Assembly (NCBI GenBank): GCA_032027125.1
Contig: JAVSMQ010000001.1
Location: 2,886,778 to 2,950,777 of the forward strand
From: Candidatus Kapaibacterium sp.
Lineage (GTDB): Bacteria; Bacteroidota; Ignavibacteria; Kapaibacteriales; UBA2268
DNA: 64,000 bases
Direction: 5' to 3'
In this document: in pieces, positions 37,651-48,277 of the stretch
Layout: each line of letters begins with the position of its first letter
Position numbering within the stretch: position 1 is the stretch's first letter
Translations under genes and position numbers: made by a program
The notes under the pieces: model-generated
What the model was told of the DNA's origin: nothing
Databases searched by the model: none
What the model saw: only the letters and a program-made list of their open reading frames with translations

Positions 37651-37889
37651 TTTTATTCTCCTTTAAAAAATTAAATATCAATGTAAAAATAAGTGTTTTC
37701 CGGCAAATACAATTACATATTCTTGAAATTCTCCAAATATATTTCTAATGAATAAAATATCCTGCAATTCCCAGAACAATTGAAGGAAGTTCAAAAAATA
37801 AATGTTTAATTCTACCCTTCATATCGCTTCAATTCCTCTTTCATTAGTTCTAATATTTATTAATTCAACTATGTTGTTTCAAAATCATT

Positions 37890-38936
37890 TTAAAAAAATG
37901 GATACATTATTTTAAATCTTGGTTCAATATCCGGTCCGACTTCTAATGCAGGGGAAGGAAGCTTAAAACGATTCAAAGTTTGCTTTAACCAATTCCAGAA
38001 TGGCGGTCCATCAGGCAGCAGTTTAACAAGATTGTAGTCAAGAGTAAATATAAATCTCGGACTTCCCCATACTCCGGGATAATATTGTTTATTAGAGTTT
38101 GAATTCAACAAATTACTGCCATCGCTTAAATTTCTTGCAGCGTAACCAACACTAAGTTCCAATCCGTCAACCCAATATCTTTTTAAATTTACTGGCAACA
38201 TATTATAAACATTAAAAGAGAAAAAAAAAGTTTGTCCCGAATAGTCATCAATAAAATTACTACTTGGTACTCTTTTACTCTCACCAAACCAACCGGGATT
38301 TAAATAATTGCCTTTTGGAGTAATATTTTGTAGATAAGTGACATAATACTGAGATAGAAAAAATATTGAACCTAAAACATCAAAATAAAAGTCTGATGGC
38401 TCAAATGCCCACTCTTTTGAAAATCCATCGAGGACTTCTATGTAAGTCATATATGTTAGACCCAAAGAAGCCCCGATGATATTAGACATTTCATCACTCA
38501 TACCGGTTTCAATAAGTGATTCTCTAAACAAATAAGATATTAAATTACCTGAATAAAAGTGTCCGAATTTATCTGCATATAGCCCATATTCCCAATTTTC
38601 CGTGATTCTGAATCCTGTTTGATTTTTCCATATTGAATTAACCTGAAAAATATGCTGTGCTATAAACAAACTAACTATCGAACTTGTAACACCGATTGTC
38701 GGTAATAATTTAAAATGAGTGGATGCATAAGGTAAATCACCCGAAATAGTGTACCTCTTTGTATCGGCATATTTAAATTCGCTTTCATCAACTCTTATTA
38801 TAGAGTCTGATTTTATTGAATCATTCATCATGATTTTATTCGTCATTTTAATTGCACTCGAATCTAAATTATTACTCAAACAATCATTACTCATAATAAA
38901 AAGCAATATATAAAACAAACAAAAGGAACACTTCAT
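37890..38936 (-). CDS. hypothetical secreted / outer-membrane protein
   Basis: 348 aa; N-terminal hydrophobic segment; aromatic-rich; ends ...KIMYPFF. Confidence 0.35.
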   Translation of the reverse strand: MKCSFCLFYILLFIMSNDCLSNNLDSSAIKMTNKIMMNDSIKSDSIIRVDESEFKYADTKRYTISGDLPYASTHFKLLPTIGVTSSIVSLFIAQHIFQVNSIWKNQTGFRITENWEYGLYADKFGHFYSGNLISYLFRESLIETGMSDEMSNIIGASLGLTYMTYIEVLDGFSKEWAFEPSDFYFDVLGSIFFLSQYYVTYLQNITPKGNYLNPGWFGESKRVPSSNFIDDYSGQTFFFSFNVYNMLPVNLKRYWVDGLELSVGYAARNLSDGSNLLNSNSNKQYYPGVWGSPRFIFTLDYNLVKLLPDGPPFWNWLKQTLNRFKLPSPALEVGPDIEPRFKIMYPFF

Positions 38937-38986
38937 TCACAATTCTCCAGGTTAGATTCATCATCAACTTAAAGAATTGAAGCATA

Positions 38987-39328
38987 TTAAATTGCTTCAA
39001 TTCCTCTTTCATTAGTTCTAATCTTAACTACTTCTTCGACATTAAAGATGAATATTTTACCGTCACCCGAATTACCTGTATGGGAATATTTCTGTAAAAC
39101 ATTAACAACTTCTTCAACCATTTCGTCAACTACAACGACTTCGAGCTTTACTCTTGGAATAAATTCAATCATATCATATACAATTTTATCTTCCGCATTT
39201 TTTGCTCTACCTTTTCCAAATCCTTTGATTTCTGATACCGTTACACCGGGTAGCCCTTCTATTTTTTGAAGTTCATCAGTAACCTCCAGCAATTTGAAGG
39301 GTCTTATTATAGCTTTTATTTCTTTCAT
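38987..39328 (-). CDS. P-II (GlnB/CutA-like) family protein
   Basis: 113 aa; MKEIKAIIRPFKLLEV...GVTVSEIKGFG...GDGKIFIFNVEEVVKIRTNERG; near-identical paralog at 42262..42603. Confidence 0.75.
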   Translation of the reverse strand: MKEIKAIIRPFKLLEVTDELQKIEGLPGVTVSEIKGFGKGRAKNAEDKIVYDMIEFIPRVKLEVVVVDEMVEEVVNVLQKYSHTGNSGDGKIFIFNVEEVVKIRTNERGIEAI

Positions 39329-39397
39329 TTTGTTTCCTATTAAATTACTTAAAAAATCCGCTTACCAAAATTGCATGAGGGAAATAATTTATATTTT

Positions 39398-41494
39398 TCA
39401 TTTCATAACTCTCATAGAATTTAATATTGCCAGAACGGCAACACCCATATCACCAAAAACAGCTTCCCACATTGTTGCAAATCCAAAAATACCAAGTATT
39501 ATAAATAGTAATTTAATTCCAAAAGCAAACATGATATTTTGCCAGACTATTTTTCTTGTTCGTTTAGCTACGTCTATTGATTTTACAATAAGCATGGGTG
39601 AATCTGCCATAAAAACAATGTCTGCGGTGTCAATTGCTGCATCAGAACCTAAGGCTCCCATCGCAATACCAACATCTGCGCGGGCAATAACTGGTGCATC
39701 ATTTATTCCATCACCAACAAAAGCAACTTTTCCATTTTTAATGTTACCAAGTAATTGTTCAATATGTTCAACCTTTTGTTCGGGTAATAATTCAGAATAA
39801 AATTCATTTATACCAAGTTTGTTTGCAAAATATTCTGCTGAACTTTTATTATCACCAGTCAGCATAACTGTTTTAATATTTCTGCTTTTTAGTTCATTTA
39901 TTGTTTCAACGGCTTCATCTTTTAAAATATCAGAAATAATCATATAACCTGCATAAATATTTTTGACAGCTACATGAATGACTGTTCCTTCTACATTACA
40001 TTTACTATGAATGATATTATTATTATGTAAGATTTTATCATTTCCTACAATTACATCTGAACCAAAAATATTTGCAGAAATACCCTGACCGGAAATTTCA
40101 GTTACATTTTTAATTTCATTTACCTGAATTTTATCATTAAATGCATATATAACAGATTTTGCAATCGGCTGACTTGAATTTGCTTCAGCATAAGCAGCAT
40201 ACTTAATTATATCTTCTTTTAAAAATCCATTTTCAGTTACGACTTCAGTAACTTTAAATTCCCCTTTTGTTAAAGTACCTGTTTTGTCAAAAACAACAGT
40301 TTTTACTTTGGTTAAAGCATCTAAATAATTCGAACCTTTTATAAGTATTCCTTTACGTGAAGCACCGCCAATACCACCGAAATATCCAAGAGGAATACTA
40401 ATAACCAATGCGCAGGGGCATGATATTACCAATACAACTAATGCTCTGTAAATCCAATCTGAAAAAGCTGCACCTGAAATAAAAAGAGGTGGAATAACTG
40501 CAATTAGCAAGGCACCGAAAACAACAACAGGAGTGTAATATTTGGCAAATGTAGTAATAAATTTTTCAGTTTCAGCTTTTTTTGAAGATGAATTTTCTAC
40601 AAGTTCAAGAATTTTAGAGATAGAAGATTCGCTGAATAATTTAGTTACTTTAATAGTTAATAACCCGGATTGATTGATCATTCCGGCTAAGACAATATCC
40701 TTTTCTTCTACTTTTCTTGGAACACTTTCACCGGTTAAAGCAGATGTATCAACAAAAGAATTTCCTTCAATAATTTGACCGTCTAACGGAATTTTTTCTC
40801 CGGCTTTAACAATAATTAAGTCATCAACTAATATACTTTCAGGTGAAACCTGAATTATCTCATTATTATTTTTTTTGTTAGCAAATTCAGGTTTCAATTC
40901 AAGTAAAGATTTTATTGATTTACGTGAGCGGTTAAGGGCTATATCCTGAAATAATTCACCGACAACATAAAACAACATTACTGTAACAGCTTCAGGCATA
41001 GCATCAATGGCAAAAGCACCAATTGTGGCAATTGTCATAAGTGTATTTTCACTGAATATACTTCCAGTTAAAATATTCTTAAATGCTGCTTTTAACACAT
41101 CCCAACCACTTATTAAGTATGCAGTTCCAAAGACTAAATATTCAGCCCATTTAAAAGTTGTAGCATGTAAAAGATTTTCAAACACCATTCCAAAGATTAG
41201 AATCAATACAACACTCACTATTCTTATGAGTTTCTTATTATCTATTAATTCATTCGTTATCGGAATAAGTTTGACCTTTTCAACTGAATCTTTGTCGGAT
41301 TCAATTAATTCGACTTCCGATTCAATCTCTTTAATTCGCTTTTTAACAGAATCAATATTATCTGTATCAATATGCAGAGAAGCGTTAGCAAAATTAACAG
41401 AGCAAGATTTAACCCCATCCATCTTTGAAAGTTCATCTTCTATTTTTGTCGCACATGAAGCACAGTCCATGTTTTTTAATATATATTTCTTCAT
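39398..41494 (-). CDS. heavy-metal-translocating P1B-type ATPase
   Basis: N-terminal HMA domain (MDCASCATKIE), TM CPC motif (SCPCALVIS), DKTGTLT, GDGINDAP; start set at the second Met (MKKYIL), which has a GAGGGG RBS-like sequence 6 nt upstream; the longer ORF to 41530 runs into a P-II 3'-end remnant. Confidence 0.85.
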   Translation of the reverse strand: MKKYILKNMDCASCATKIEDELSKMDGVKSCSVNFANASLHIDTDNIDSVKKRIKEIESEVELIESDKDSVEKVKLIPITNELIDNKKLIRIVSVVLILIFGMVFENLLHATTFKWAEYLVFGTAYLISGWDVLKAAFKNILTGSIFSENTLMTIATIGAFAIDAMPEAVTVMLFYVVGELFQDIALNRSRKSIKSLLELKPEFANKKNNNEIIQVSPESILVDDLIIVKAGEKIPLDGQIIEGNSFVDTSALTGESVPRKVEEKDIVLAGMINQSGLLTIKVTKLFSESSISKILELVENSSSKKAETEKFITTFAKYYTPVVVFGALLIAVIPPLFISGAAFSDWIYRALVVLVISCPCALVISIPLGYFGGIGGASRKGILIKGSNYLDALTKVKTVVFDKTGTLTKGEFKVTEVVTENGFLKEDIIKYAAYAEANSSQPIAKSVIYAFNDKIQVNEIKNVTEISGQGISANIFGSDVIVGNDKILHNNNIIHSKCNVEGTVIHVAVKNIYAGYMIISDILKDEAVETINELKSRNIKTVMLTGDNKSSAEYFANKLGINEFYSELLPEQKVEHIEQLLGNIKNGKVAFVGDGINDAPVIARADVGIAMGALGSDAAIDTADIVFMADSPMLIVKSIDVAKRTRKIVWQNIMFAFGIKLLFIILGIFGFATMWEAVFGDMGVAVLAILNSMRVMK

Positions 41495-41569
41495 ATTTTT
41501 CCCCTCATATTGCTTCAATTCCTCTTTCATTAGTTCTAATCTTAACTACTTCTTCTTTGAATAAATACT

Positions 41570-42130
41570 TTAAAATGAATAACCAATGCCTACCCCAGTA
41601 GTAAAATAGCTAATATAAGGGTAAATTTCGGAACCAATCATAAATTTGAATTTAACCTTATGAAATGGTTTTATATTAATAGCCAATTCAGGATTCACAC
41701 CAAATCCACCATATTTATAAAAACTACTTTTTGTAGAAAGAAAGGTCACTCCTGTACTAATTTGAATGTCGTAAAATTTCCTTTCCATTACTAAGGCAGG
41801 TTTGAAAAATATATCAAAAGCAAAATTTCCCGATATATTTCCTAATTGAACGCCAGATAATAATTTTAAAGAGTAATTATTGAAAAACGAAAAGATATGA
41901 TGATTCAATCCAACTCCAAAGAAGTTGTTGCCATCTTTGGCTAAATCATTCGAATTTCCTTCCTGTGAAGGAACACTACGCTTTGTGTAATTTAAGAAAA
42001 TCTCATTTTTTATGGTATCTCTGATAGTAAGAGAATAGGTCATTGAACTATCCTGTGCAAATAAATTAAAATTGCAAACCATAAAAAATAAACAAAACGA
42101 TATAAACTGAATTAACTGATTGAGTTTCAT
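41570..42130 (-). CDS. small outer-membrane beta-barrel-like hypothetical protein
   Basis: signal peptide MKLNQLIQFISFCLFFMVCNFNLFA; ends ...GVGIGYSF. Confidence 0.35.
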   Translation of the reverse strand: MKLNQLIQFISFCLFFMVCNFNLFAQDSSMTYSLTIRDTIKNEIFLNYTKRSVPSQEGNSNDLAKDGNNFFGVGLNHHIFSFFNNYSLKLLSGVQLGNISGNFAFDIFFKPALVMERKFYDIQISTGVTFLSTKSSFYKYGGFGVNPELAINIKPFHKVKFKFMIGSEIYPYISYFTTGVGIGYSF

Positions 42131-42261
42131 CCAAAACCTCCTAAAATTAAAAAAAATATTTACAATCAAAATTATGAATTATCAAAGAACCTGCAATTTT
42201 CTTTGATAACATTTGACATTTCCAAAGAAAAAAATGCAGGTTTCTTGAAATACAACAATTC

Positions 42262-42603
42262 TCAAATCGCTCCTTCTCCTCTTTCATTAGTTCTAATCTT
42301 AACTACTTCTTCGACATTAAAGATGAATATCTTACCGTCACCCGAATTGCCTGTATGGGAATATTTCTGTAAAACATTAACAACTTCTTCAACCATTTCG
42401 TCTATGACAACAACTTCGATTTTAATTCTTGGAATAAATTCAACCAAATCATAAACTATTTTATCAGGGGCATTTTTTGCTCTACTTTTACCAAAACCCT
42501 TAATTTCTGAGACAGTAACACCGGGCAAACCTTCTATTTTTGTTAGCTCATCAATAACTTCTAAAAGTTTAAAAGGTCTGATAATTGCTTTTATTTCTTT
42601 CAT
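42262..42603 (-). CDS. P-II (GlnB/CutA-like) family protein, paralog
   Basis: 113 aa; >90% identical to 38987..39328 at protein level; sits directly downstream of czcA. Confidence 0.75.
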   Translation of the reverse strand: MKEIKAIIRPFKLLEVIDELTKIEGLPGVTVSEIKGFGKSRAKNAPDKIVYDLVEFIPRIKIEVVVIDEMVEEVVNVLQKYSHTGNSGDGKIFIFNVEEVVKIRTNERGEGAI

Positions 42604-42667
42604 TATATTATCCTAAATTTTATTAAAAAATTCCGGCTTAACTATAAACGTTAAACCGGATTCTATT

Positions 42668-45600
42668 TTACATCTCAGCTTCAACTGTTCTTTTTTCAAA
42701 CCAACTATATATTGAAGGAATGATTAAAAGAGTTAGTAAAGTTGAAGTAATCAATCCTCCAACAACTACAACTGCAAGCGGTTTTTGTACTTCGGAGCCT
42801 GCTCCTGTAGATATTATTGCAGGAATCAAACTAAAAATTGTAATGAAAGCCGTCATAAGTACCGGACGTAATCTGTCCACGCTACCCTTTTCTATTGCTT
42901 CACTTAAAGGTAGTCCTTCTTCTCTAAGCTGATTAATATGTGTAACTAAAACAACACCATTGAGTACAGCCACACCGAAAAGAACAATAAAACCTACAGA
43001 AGCAGGTACTGATAAATAAAGTCCTGAAAAATATAGTGCTACTATACCGCCAATTAATGCAAAAGGTAAGTTTGAAATCACCAACATTGTTAAACGCATA
43101 GAATGAAAAGTAACGAAGAGTAATAATATTATTAATCCAAGGGTAATTGGAGCAATAATCATAATCTTGTTCATGGCTCTTTGCTGATTTTCAAACTGAC
43201 CACCCCAAGATATGTAGTAACCAGCAGGTAACTGTACATTTTGTTTGATTTTTTCTTTTGCCTCTTTTACAAAGCTTCCTATATCTCTACCACTAATATT
43301 CATTTCAATGCCAATTCTTCTGATTCCATCCTGACGGCTGATCTGAACCGGACCCTCAATCATTTCAATATCAGCTATTTGTGCAAGTGGTATGTTCATT
43401 CCCGCTTTTGTCGGAACAAAAATATTACCGATAGTTTCTATCGAATTTCTTTCTTCAACAGGAATTCTTACAGCTATATCGAAACTCTTATTTCCTTCAT
43501 AAAATTTTGATGAAGATTTACCGGCAATTGCAATTTCAACCACATTTTGAACATCACTAATATTCAAACCATATCTTGCAATTTTTGACCTGTCAATTGA
43601 GATAGTCAAGTATGGCTGACCGGCTACTTTTTCTGTAATTAAATCAGTTCCACCCTTTATACCGGATAGAATTTTAGCCATTTCTTCTGCCTTATCTTTT
43701 AAAATATTAATATCATCACCAAAGAGTTTTAATATTAATTGTGCTCTTGTGCCTGCAACAATTTCATCAATTCTACATTGAATTGGCTGACTAAAGCCGA
43801 AAGCAATTCCTGGAATTGATTCAAGTGATTCTCTCATTTCATTATTAAGTTCTTCTCTTGAAATATCTCTTTTCCAATCACTTTTGTGTTTCAATACACC
43901 AACATATCCAGTTTTGTCAACGCCTCTCGTATCAAGAGCAACTCCGGTTTGCCCTATTCTACCAACAACTATATCCATTTCATCGAATTTCTCTAATTTC
44001 TTTATAGCCATTTTATTTACTTCTAATGCTTTTGGGAGGGAAACGCCAGGCAATAATGCAATATCCATATCAAAAGCACCTTCATCCATTATTGGTATAA
44101 ATTCTGTGCCTAATCGTGTAAACAGAAATAATGAACCTATCAAAGCTACTATCGAAGCAATGAGAATAACACTTTTCCTTTTTATACTATACCTAAGTAT
44201 TGGAAGATATTTTTTTGAAAAGAATCTCATTACAAAACTCTCTTTTTCAGCTTGTGGTTTAAGAAATATCGCACATAGTTGAGGTATAATAAATATTGAC
44301 ATCAGAAGTGACGCAATTATAGCCAAGACAACGGTTATTGCTAAAGGAGCAAACATCTTCCCTTCAATTCCTTCTAAAGCCAGTATTGGAATAAAGGTAA
44401 TAGCTATGATAATTTCACCATAAATACTTGGTTTACGAACATCGAGAATAGCTTTTAAAATAAGAGACATCCTGCTGACTTTACTTTTACTGTCATTTAG
44501 CATTCTTTGCACATTTTCAACCTGAATAATAGAAGCGTCAAATTTCATACCCGTAGAAATGACTAAGCCACCTATTGACATCAAATTTGCACTTACACCC
44601 AGTAACTTCATAAAAATAAATGTAAGTAATAGTGAAATTGGAAGTGCAATTAAAATTACAGCCGAACCACGGAAACTTCTTAACAATACGAAAGTTACAA
44701 TTAGGACTAGGATTGAGCCTTCAAGAAGAGCTCTGATTATTGTTAAGATACTCTCATCTACAATATCAGTTCTATCATAATATGGTACAATCTTCATTCC
44801 ATCAGGAAGCATATTACTTTCGTTAATCTCTATTACTTTTTCTTTAACAAGGTGTACAACCTCACGACCATTTTCACCTCTTAGCATCATTACTATTCCG
44901 CCAACAGCTTCATTTTGACCACTTTTTAAAGCGGCTCCCATACGGACTGCTTCGCCTACTTTTACTTGAGCGACATCTTTAATGAATACCGGTGTACCTT
45001 CGTGAGATTTTAAAACTATATTATCAATATCATTAATACTTTGAATTAAACCAACACTGCGAATAATAAACTGGTCTGAACTTCTTTCGAGAATATTTCC
45101 ACCAACATTTTGATTGTTGTTACCAATTGCATTATATACCTCATCAGCTGTAATGCTGTATTTTAGTAATTTCTCAGGGGAAATGATAACTTGATATTGT
45201 TTAAAATAACCTCCAAATGAATTAATCTCATTTACTCCTGCAACATTCTTTAATTGAGGAGTTATTACCCATTCCTGAAGAGTTCTTAATTCCGATAGAT
45301 AACTAATTTTAGCGAGTGAATCTTCGGGCATCTTTCCTTCAATTGTATATTGGTATATTTCTCCCATAACAGTTGCTATGGGACCCATTGCAATCTCAAC
45401 CCCTTTAGGAACCTTTTCTCTGGCTTCTCCTAAACGTTCAAAAACTAACTGTCTTGCAAAATAAATGTCAACATTATCTTTAAATACTAATGTTACAATT
45501 GAAAGACCAAATTTTGTTACAGAACGCATTTGTTCTACATCGGGCAAGCCACGCATTGACATTTCTATAGGATATGTTACATTCCTTTCTATTTCAATGG

Positions 45601-45772
45601 CAGAAAGACCGTCGGCATGGCTGATTATTTCGACCTGAATATTTGTTACATCAGGAAATGCATCTATAGAGATATTATAAGCTGAGTAAACTCCAAATGC
45701 AATAATCAGTAAAGAAAGGAATAATATCATTCCTTTTCTTGTAAGCGTTAAAGTTATTAATTTTTCTAACAT
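42668..45772 (-). CDS. czcA: CzcA/CusA-family heavy-metal efflux RND transporter
   Basis: 1034 aa; N-terminus LITLTLTRKGMILFLSLLIIAFGVYSAYNISIDAFPDVTNIQV typical of HME-RND; 12-TM architecture. Confidence 0.9.
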   Translation of the reverse strand: MLEKLITLTLTRKGMILFLSLLIIAFGVYSAYNISIDAFPDVTNIQVEIISHADGLSAIEIERNVTYPIEMSMRGLPDVEQMRSVTKFGLSIVTLVFKDNVDIYFARQLVFERLGEAREKVPKGVEIAMGPIATVMGEIYQYTIEGKMPEDSLAKISYLSELRTLQEWVITPQLKNVAGVNEINSFGGYFKQYQVIISPEKLLKYSITADEVYNAIGNNNQNVGGNILERSSDQFIIRSVGLIQSINDIDNIVLKSHEGTPVFIKDVAQVKVGEAVRMGAALKSGQNEAVGGIVMMLRGENGREVVHLVKEKVIEINESNMLPDGMKIVPYYDRTDIVDESILTIIRALLEGSILVLIVTFVLLRSFRGSAVILIALPISLLLTFIFMKLLGVSANLMSIGGLVISTGMKFDASIIQVENVQRMLNDSKSKVSRMSLILKAILDVRKPSIYGEIIIAITFIPILALEGIEGKMFAPLAITVVLAIIASLLMSIFIIPQLCAIFLKPQAEKESFVMRFFSKKYLPILRYSIKRKSVILIASIVALIGSLFLFTRLGTEFIPIMDEGAFDMDIALLPGVSLPKALEVNKMAIKKLEKFDEMDIVVGRIGQTGVALDTRGVDKTGYVGVLKHKSDWKRDISREELNNEMRESLESIPGIAFGFSQPIQCRIDEIVAGTRAQLILKLFGDDINILKDKAEEMAKILSGIKGGTDLITEKVAGQPYLTISIDRSKIARYGLNISDVQNVVEIAIAGKSSSKFYEGNKSFDIAVRIPVEERNSIETIGNIFVPTKAGMNIPLAQIADIEMIEGPVQISRQDGIRRIGIEMNISGRDIGSFVKEAKEKIKQNVQLPAGYYISWGGQFENQQRAMNKIMIIAPITLGLIILLLFVTFHSMRLTMLVISNLPFALIGGIVALYFSGLYLSVPASVGFIVLFGVAVLNGVVLVTHINQLREEGLPLSEAIEKGSVDRLRPVLMTAFITIFSLIPAIISTGAGSEVQKPLAVVVVGGLITSTLLTLLIIPSIYSWFEKRTVEAEM

Positions 45773-46956
45773 TAGTGTTCATGCCCTTCTAATTCTTCTT
45801 TTTTCATTTCACTATTTAAGTAGAAAACTCCCTCGGTGATTACATTTTCGCCTTCTTTTAGACCTTCTCTAATTTCAATTCTATTATTAGAAGTAGAACC
45901 AATAGATACAAATCTTTGCTCGAAAGTTGTATCAGTTGTTTTGATAAAAACAAAAAACTTATCACCTTCTTTAACCAGAGCTTCCTCAGGTATCAGTAAT
46001 GCTTGTGCAAAATCTCCAATAGGTATTTTTAATTCACCAAACATTTGTGGTTTTAATTTGTTCTGAGTGTTTGAAAATTCGCCTCTAATTAATAATGTTC
46101 TGGAGTTTTCATCAATTGATTGTCCAATATATATCACTTTACCTGTGAAATTTTCATTAGGATATGCTGAAGAAATAAATACAGCAGATGTTTTTTGAGT
46201 GATTTTATTTAAATCTTTTTCAAATACTTGTCCGTCAATCCAAACTGAACTCGTATTAATTACTTTAAAAGCATTTGTATTTGTTTCTATTAACTGACCA
46301 ACAACTATGTTTCTTTCAACAACAATTCCATTGATGGGTGACTTAATTGGTAAAGTACCTGATGTATGTTCATCATGTGATTTGCCATTTAAAATATCAT
46401 CATCTGATAGACCTATGGAATGAATTCGTTTATCTTCTGCTTTGAATTCAGCCAATGCTTTTTCGTATTCAGCTTGACTTTCTAATAAACTTTTTTGAGA
46501 ACCTATTTTCTCATCAAATAACTTTTTTTGTCTTTCATAAGTAGATTTAGTAAAATCAAGATTTGCTTTTGCCTTTAGGAAACCAGCCTTAATTGTTCCA
46601 ATGTCTAAACCTTCGACTGTCATAAGAACCTGACCTGCTTTTACATAATCACCAATCTTTACATTCACTTTCTGAACCCTTCCCTGTACTAATGAGCCGA
46701 CAAGTGCTTCATTGTCTTGATTGGGTACTATTGTTGCCGGAAGTGAAATATATCCGGTCATCGGTTGTAACGATACTGTTTCTGATTCAATATTAATCAG
46801 TTTAAGTGATTCTAAACTCAGTTTGACTATCTCTGTGTGCTCTTCGTGACCTTCCTTATGTTTCTCTTCAATCTTTGGGCTTTCTTTTTCACCACATCCT
46901 AAAAGTATAAATGCCTGAAAAATAACAGCCAATAATATTTTGATATTTAATTTCAT
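45772..46956 (-). CDS. czcB: efflux RND periplasmic adaptor (membrane fusion protein, CzcB-like) with His-rich termini
   Basis: 394 aa; lipoprotein signal; HKEGHEEHTE N-terminus and ELEGHEH C-terminus; biotinyl/lipoyl and beta-barrel MFP domains; overlaps czcA start by 1 nt. Confidence 0.8.
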   Translation of the reverse strand: MKLNIKILLAVIFQAFILLGCGEKESPKIEEKHKEGHEEHTEIVKLSLESLKLINIESETVSLQPMTGYISLPATIVPNQDNEALVGSLVQGRVQKVNVKIGDYVKAGQVLMTVEGLDIGTIKAGFLKAKANLDFTKSTYERQKKLFDEKIGSQKSLLESQAEYEKALAEFKAEDKRIHSIGLSDDDILNGKSHDEHTSGTLPIKSPINGIVVERNIVVGQLIETNTNAFKVINTSSVWIDGQVFEKDLNKITQKTSAVFISSAYPNENFTGKVIYIGQSIDENSRTLLIRGEFSNTQNKLKPQMFGELKIPIGDFAQALLIPEEALVKEGDKFFVFIKTTDTTFEQRFVSIGSTSNNRIEIREGLKEGENVITEGVFYLNSEMKKEELEGHEH

Positions 46957-46971
46957 TTATTTCTCCAATTT

Positions 46972-48222
46972 TTATTTATTTATGATATTTTGTCCAACAA
47001 TTTCTTCAATCTTGAATATTGATTGATAGTAATTAAAGCTGGCATTGTTGTAATTATTCCTGGAACTAATCAAAGTTTGTTTTGCTTGCAAATATTCAAG
47101 GTATGTTAGTTCACCAACCTCGTAGCTTTTAGAAGCAATTCTAAAAATCTCTTCTGATTGTGGAAGTATGTCGTCCAAATAAAGTTTTACCTGCCTGAGA
47201 TTATTCTCATAGTCAGTTATTGAGTTTTTCAATTTTAATGCTATATCATTCTTTGTTAATTGAAGAACATTTTCCGAAATTGATTGATTTGCACTTGCTT
47301 CTTGAATTTTACCCTTCTGTTCAAACATGAACCAGAGAGGAACAGATATACCGACAGCAAATCCGTAGAATCCGCTATTATTGTCTAGTGTTTGAGATAA
47401 ATAGGCAAGATTGATATTTGGCAGATATGATGACATCGCAAGGCTTTTTTCAACTGTTGCGATACCATAATTTAGCTCTGCAATCTTTATTTGCGGATTA
47501 TTATCTTCAAATACTTTGTAGAACTGTTCCATATTCATTGAGTAGTCAACAAAAATTAATGTATCTTGTAATGAATACTTTGAATCAACAGTTTGATTAC
47601 TATATCCAAGAGTATAATTCAATTCAGCAAATGCGGTTTTAAGTTCGTTCTTTGCAATTTCTAAATTGTTTTGTGCTTCCGAAAATTGCACCTTAGCTGT
47701 AAGTCTTTCAATGTTTGTTCCTTCACCAACGTTTTGTCTTATTTCTGATTTTTTCAAGAAGTCCTCATTTATAATAAGATTTTCTTCGGCAGACTTTAAT
47801 TGATTTTGTTTTGTAAGAACCCTGTAGTATGCCGTCTTTATTTTAGTGGTGAGATTTTTCTCAATAAGGCTGAGTTGAAAATTTGTTATTTCTTCAGCTT
47901 TACTGAATTTGCTTCCTTTTAAAAAATAAATTGATGGGAACTCAAATGATTGGGAAACAGTAAGTGTTTTTTCGTTACCTAAACCATTGTAAGGAGAGAT
48001 AAATTGATTATCATATACAATCTCCGGTTTAGGTAAGGAAATCCCGCTTAAATAGCGCCCTTTTGAACCAGAAATGTTAGCTTGAGCAGCATGAATCTCC
48101 GGATGGTTCTTTAAACCTATCTCTATTGCTTCACGTAATGTTAAACTTCTAATTTTATTTTCTTGTCCGTACATGATGCTGAAAGATAGCCACACGACAA
48201 ACAAGACAAGTAAATGCCTCAT
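46972..48222 (-). CDS. czcC: TolC-family outer membrane efflux protein (CzcC-like)
   Basis: 416 aa; signal peptide; two OEP repeats; operon position upstream of the MFP. Confidence 0.75.
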   Translation of the reverse strand: MRHLLVLFVVWLSFSIMYGQENKIRSLTLREAIEIGLKNHPEIHAAQANISGSKGRYLSGISLPKPEIVYDNQFISPYNGLGNEKTLTVSQSFEFPSIYFLKGSKFSKAEEITNFQLSLIEKNLTTKIKTAYYRVLTKQNQLKSAEENLIINEDFLKKSEIRQNVGEGTNIERLTAKVQFSEAQNNLEIAKNELKTAFAELNYTLGYSNQTVDSKYSLQDTLIFVDYSMNMEQFYKVFEDNNPQIKIAELNYGIATVEKSLAMSSYLPNINLAYLSQTLDNNSGFYGFAVGISVPLWFMFEQKGKIQEASANQSISENVLQLTKNDIALKLKNSITDYENNLRQVKLYLDDILPQSEEIFRIASKSYEVGELTYLEYLQAKQTLISSRNNYNNASFNYYQSIFKIEEIVGQNIINK

Positions 48223-48277
48223 ATCTTCTCCAATAATAAATTAATAATTATAATAAGTGCAAAATAGGAGAAAATGG

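Noticed and set aside
39294-39800. 168-aa plus-strand ORF
   Set aside because: Lies entirely antisense within the well-supported P-type ATPase gene; low-complexity translation; no independent signals.
41495-41530. Upstream start codon of the P-type ATPase ORF
   Set aside because: The extra 12 codons derive from a P-II gene 3'-end remnant; the downstream Met has an RBS-like GAGGGG and begins directly at the HMA domain.
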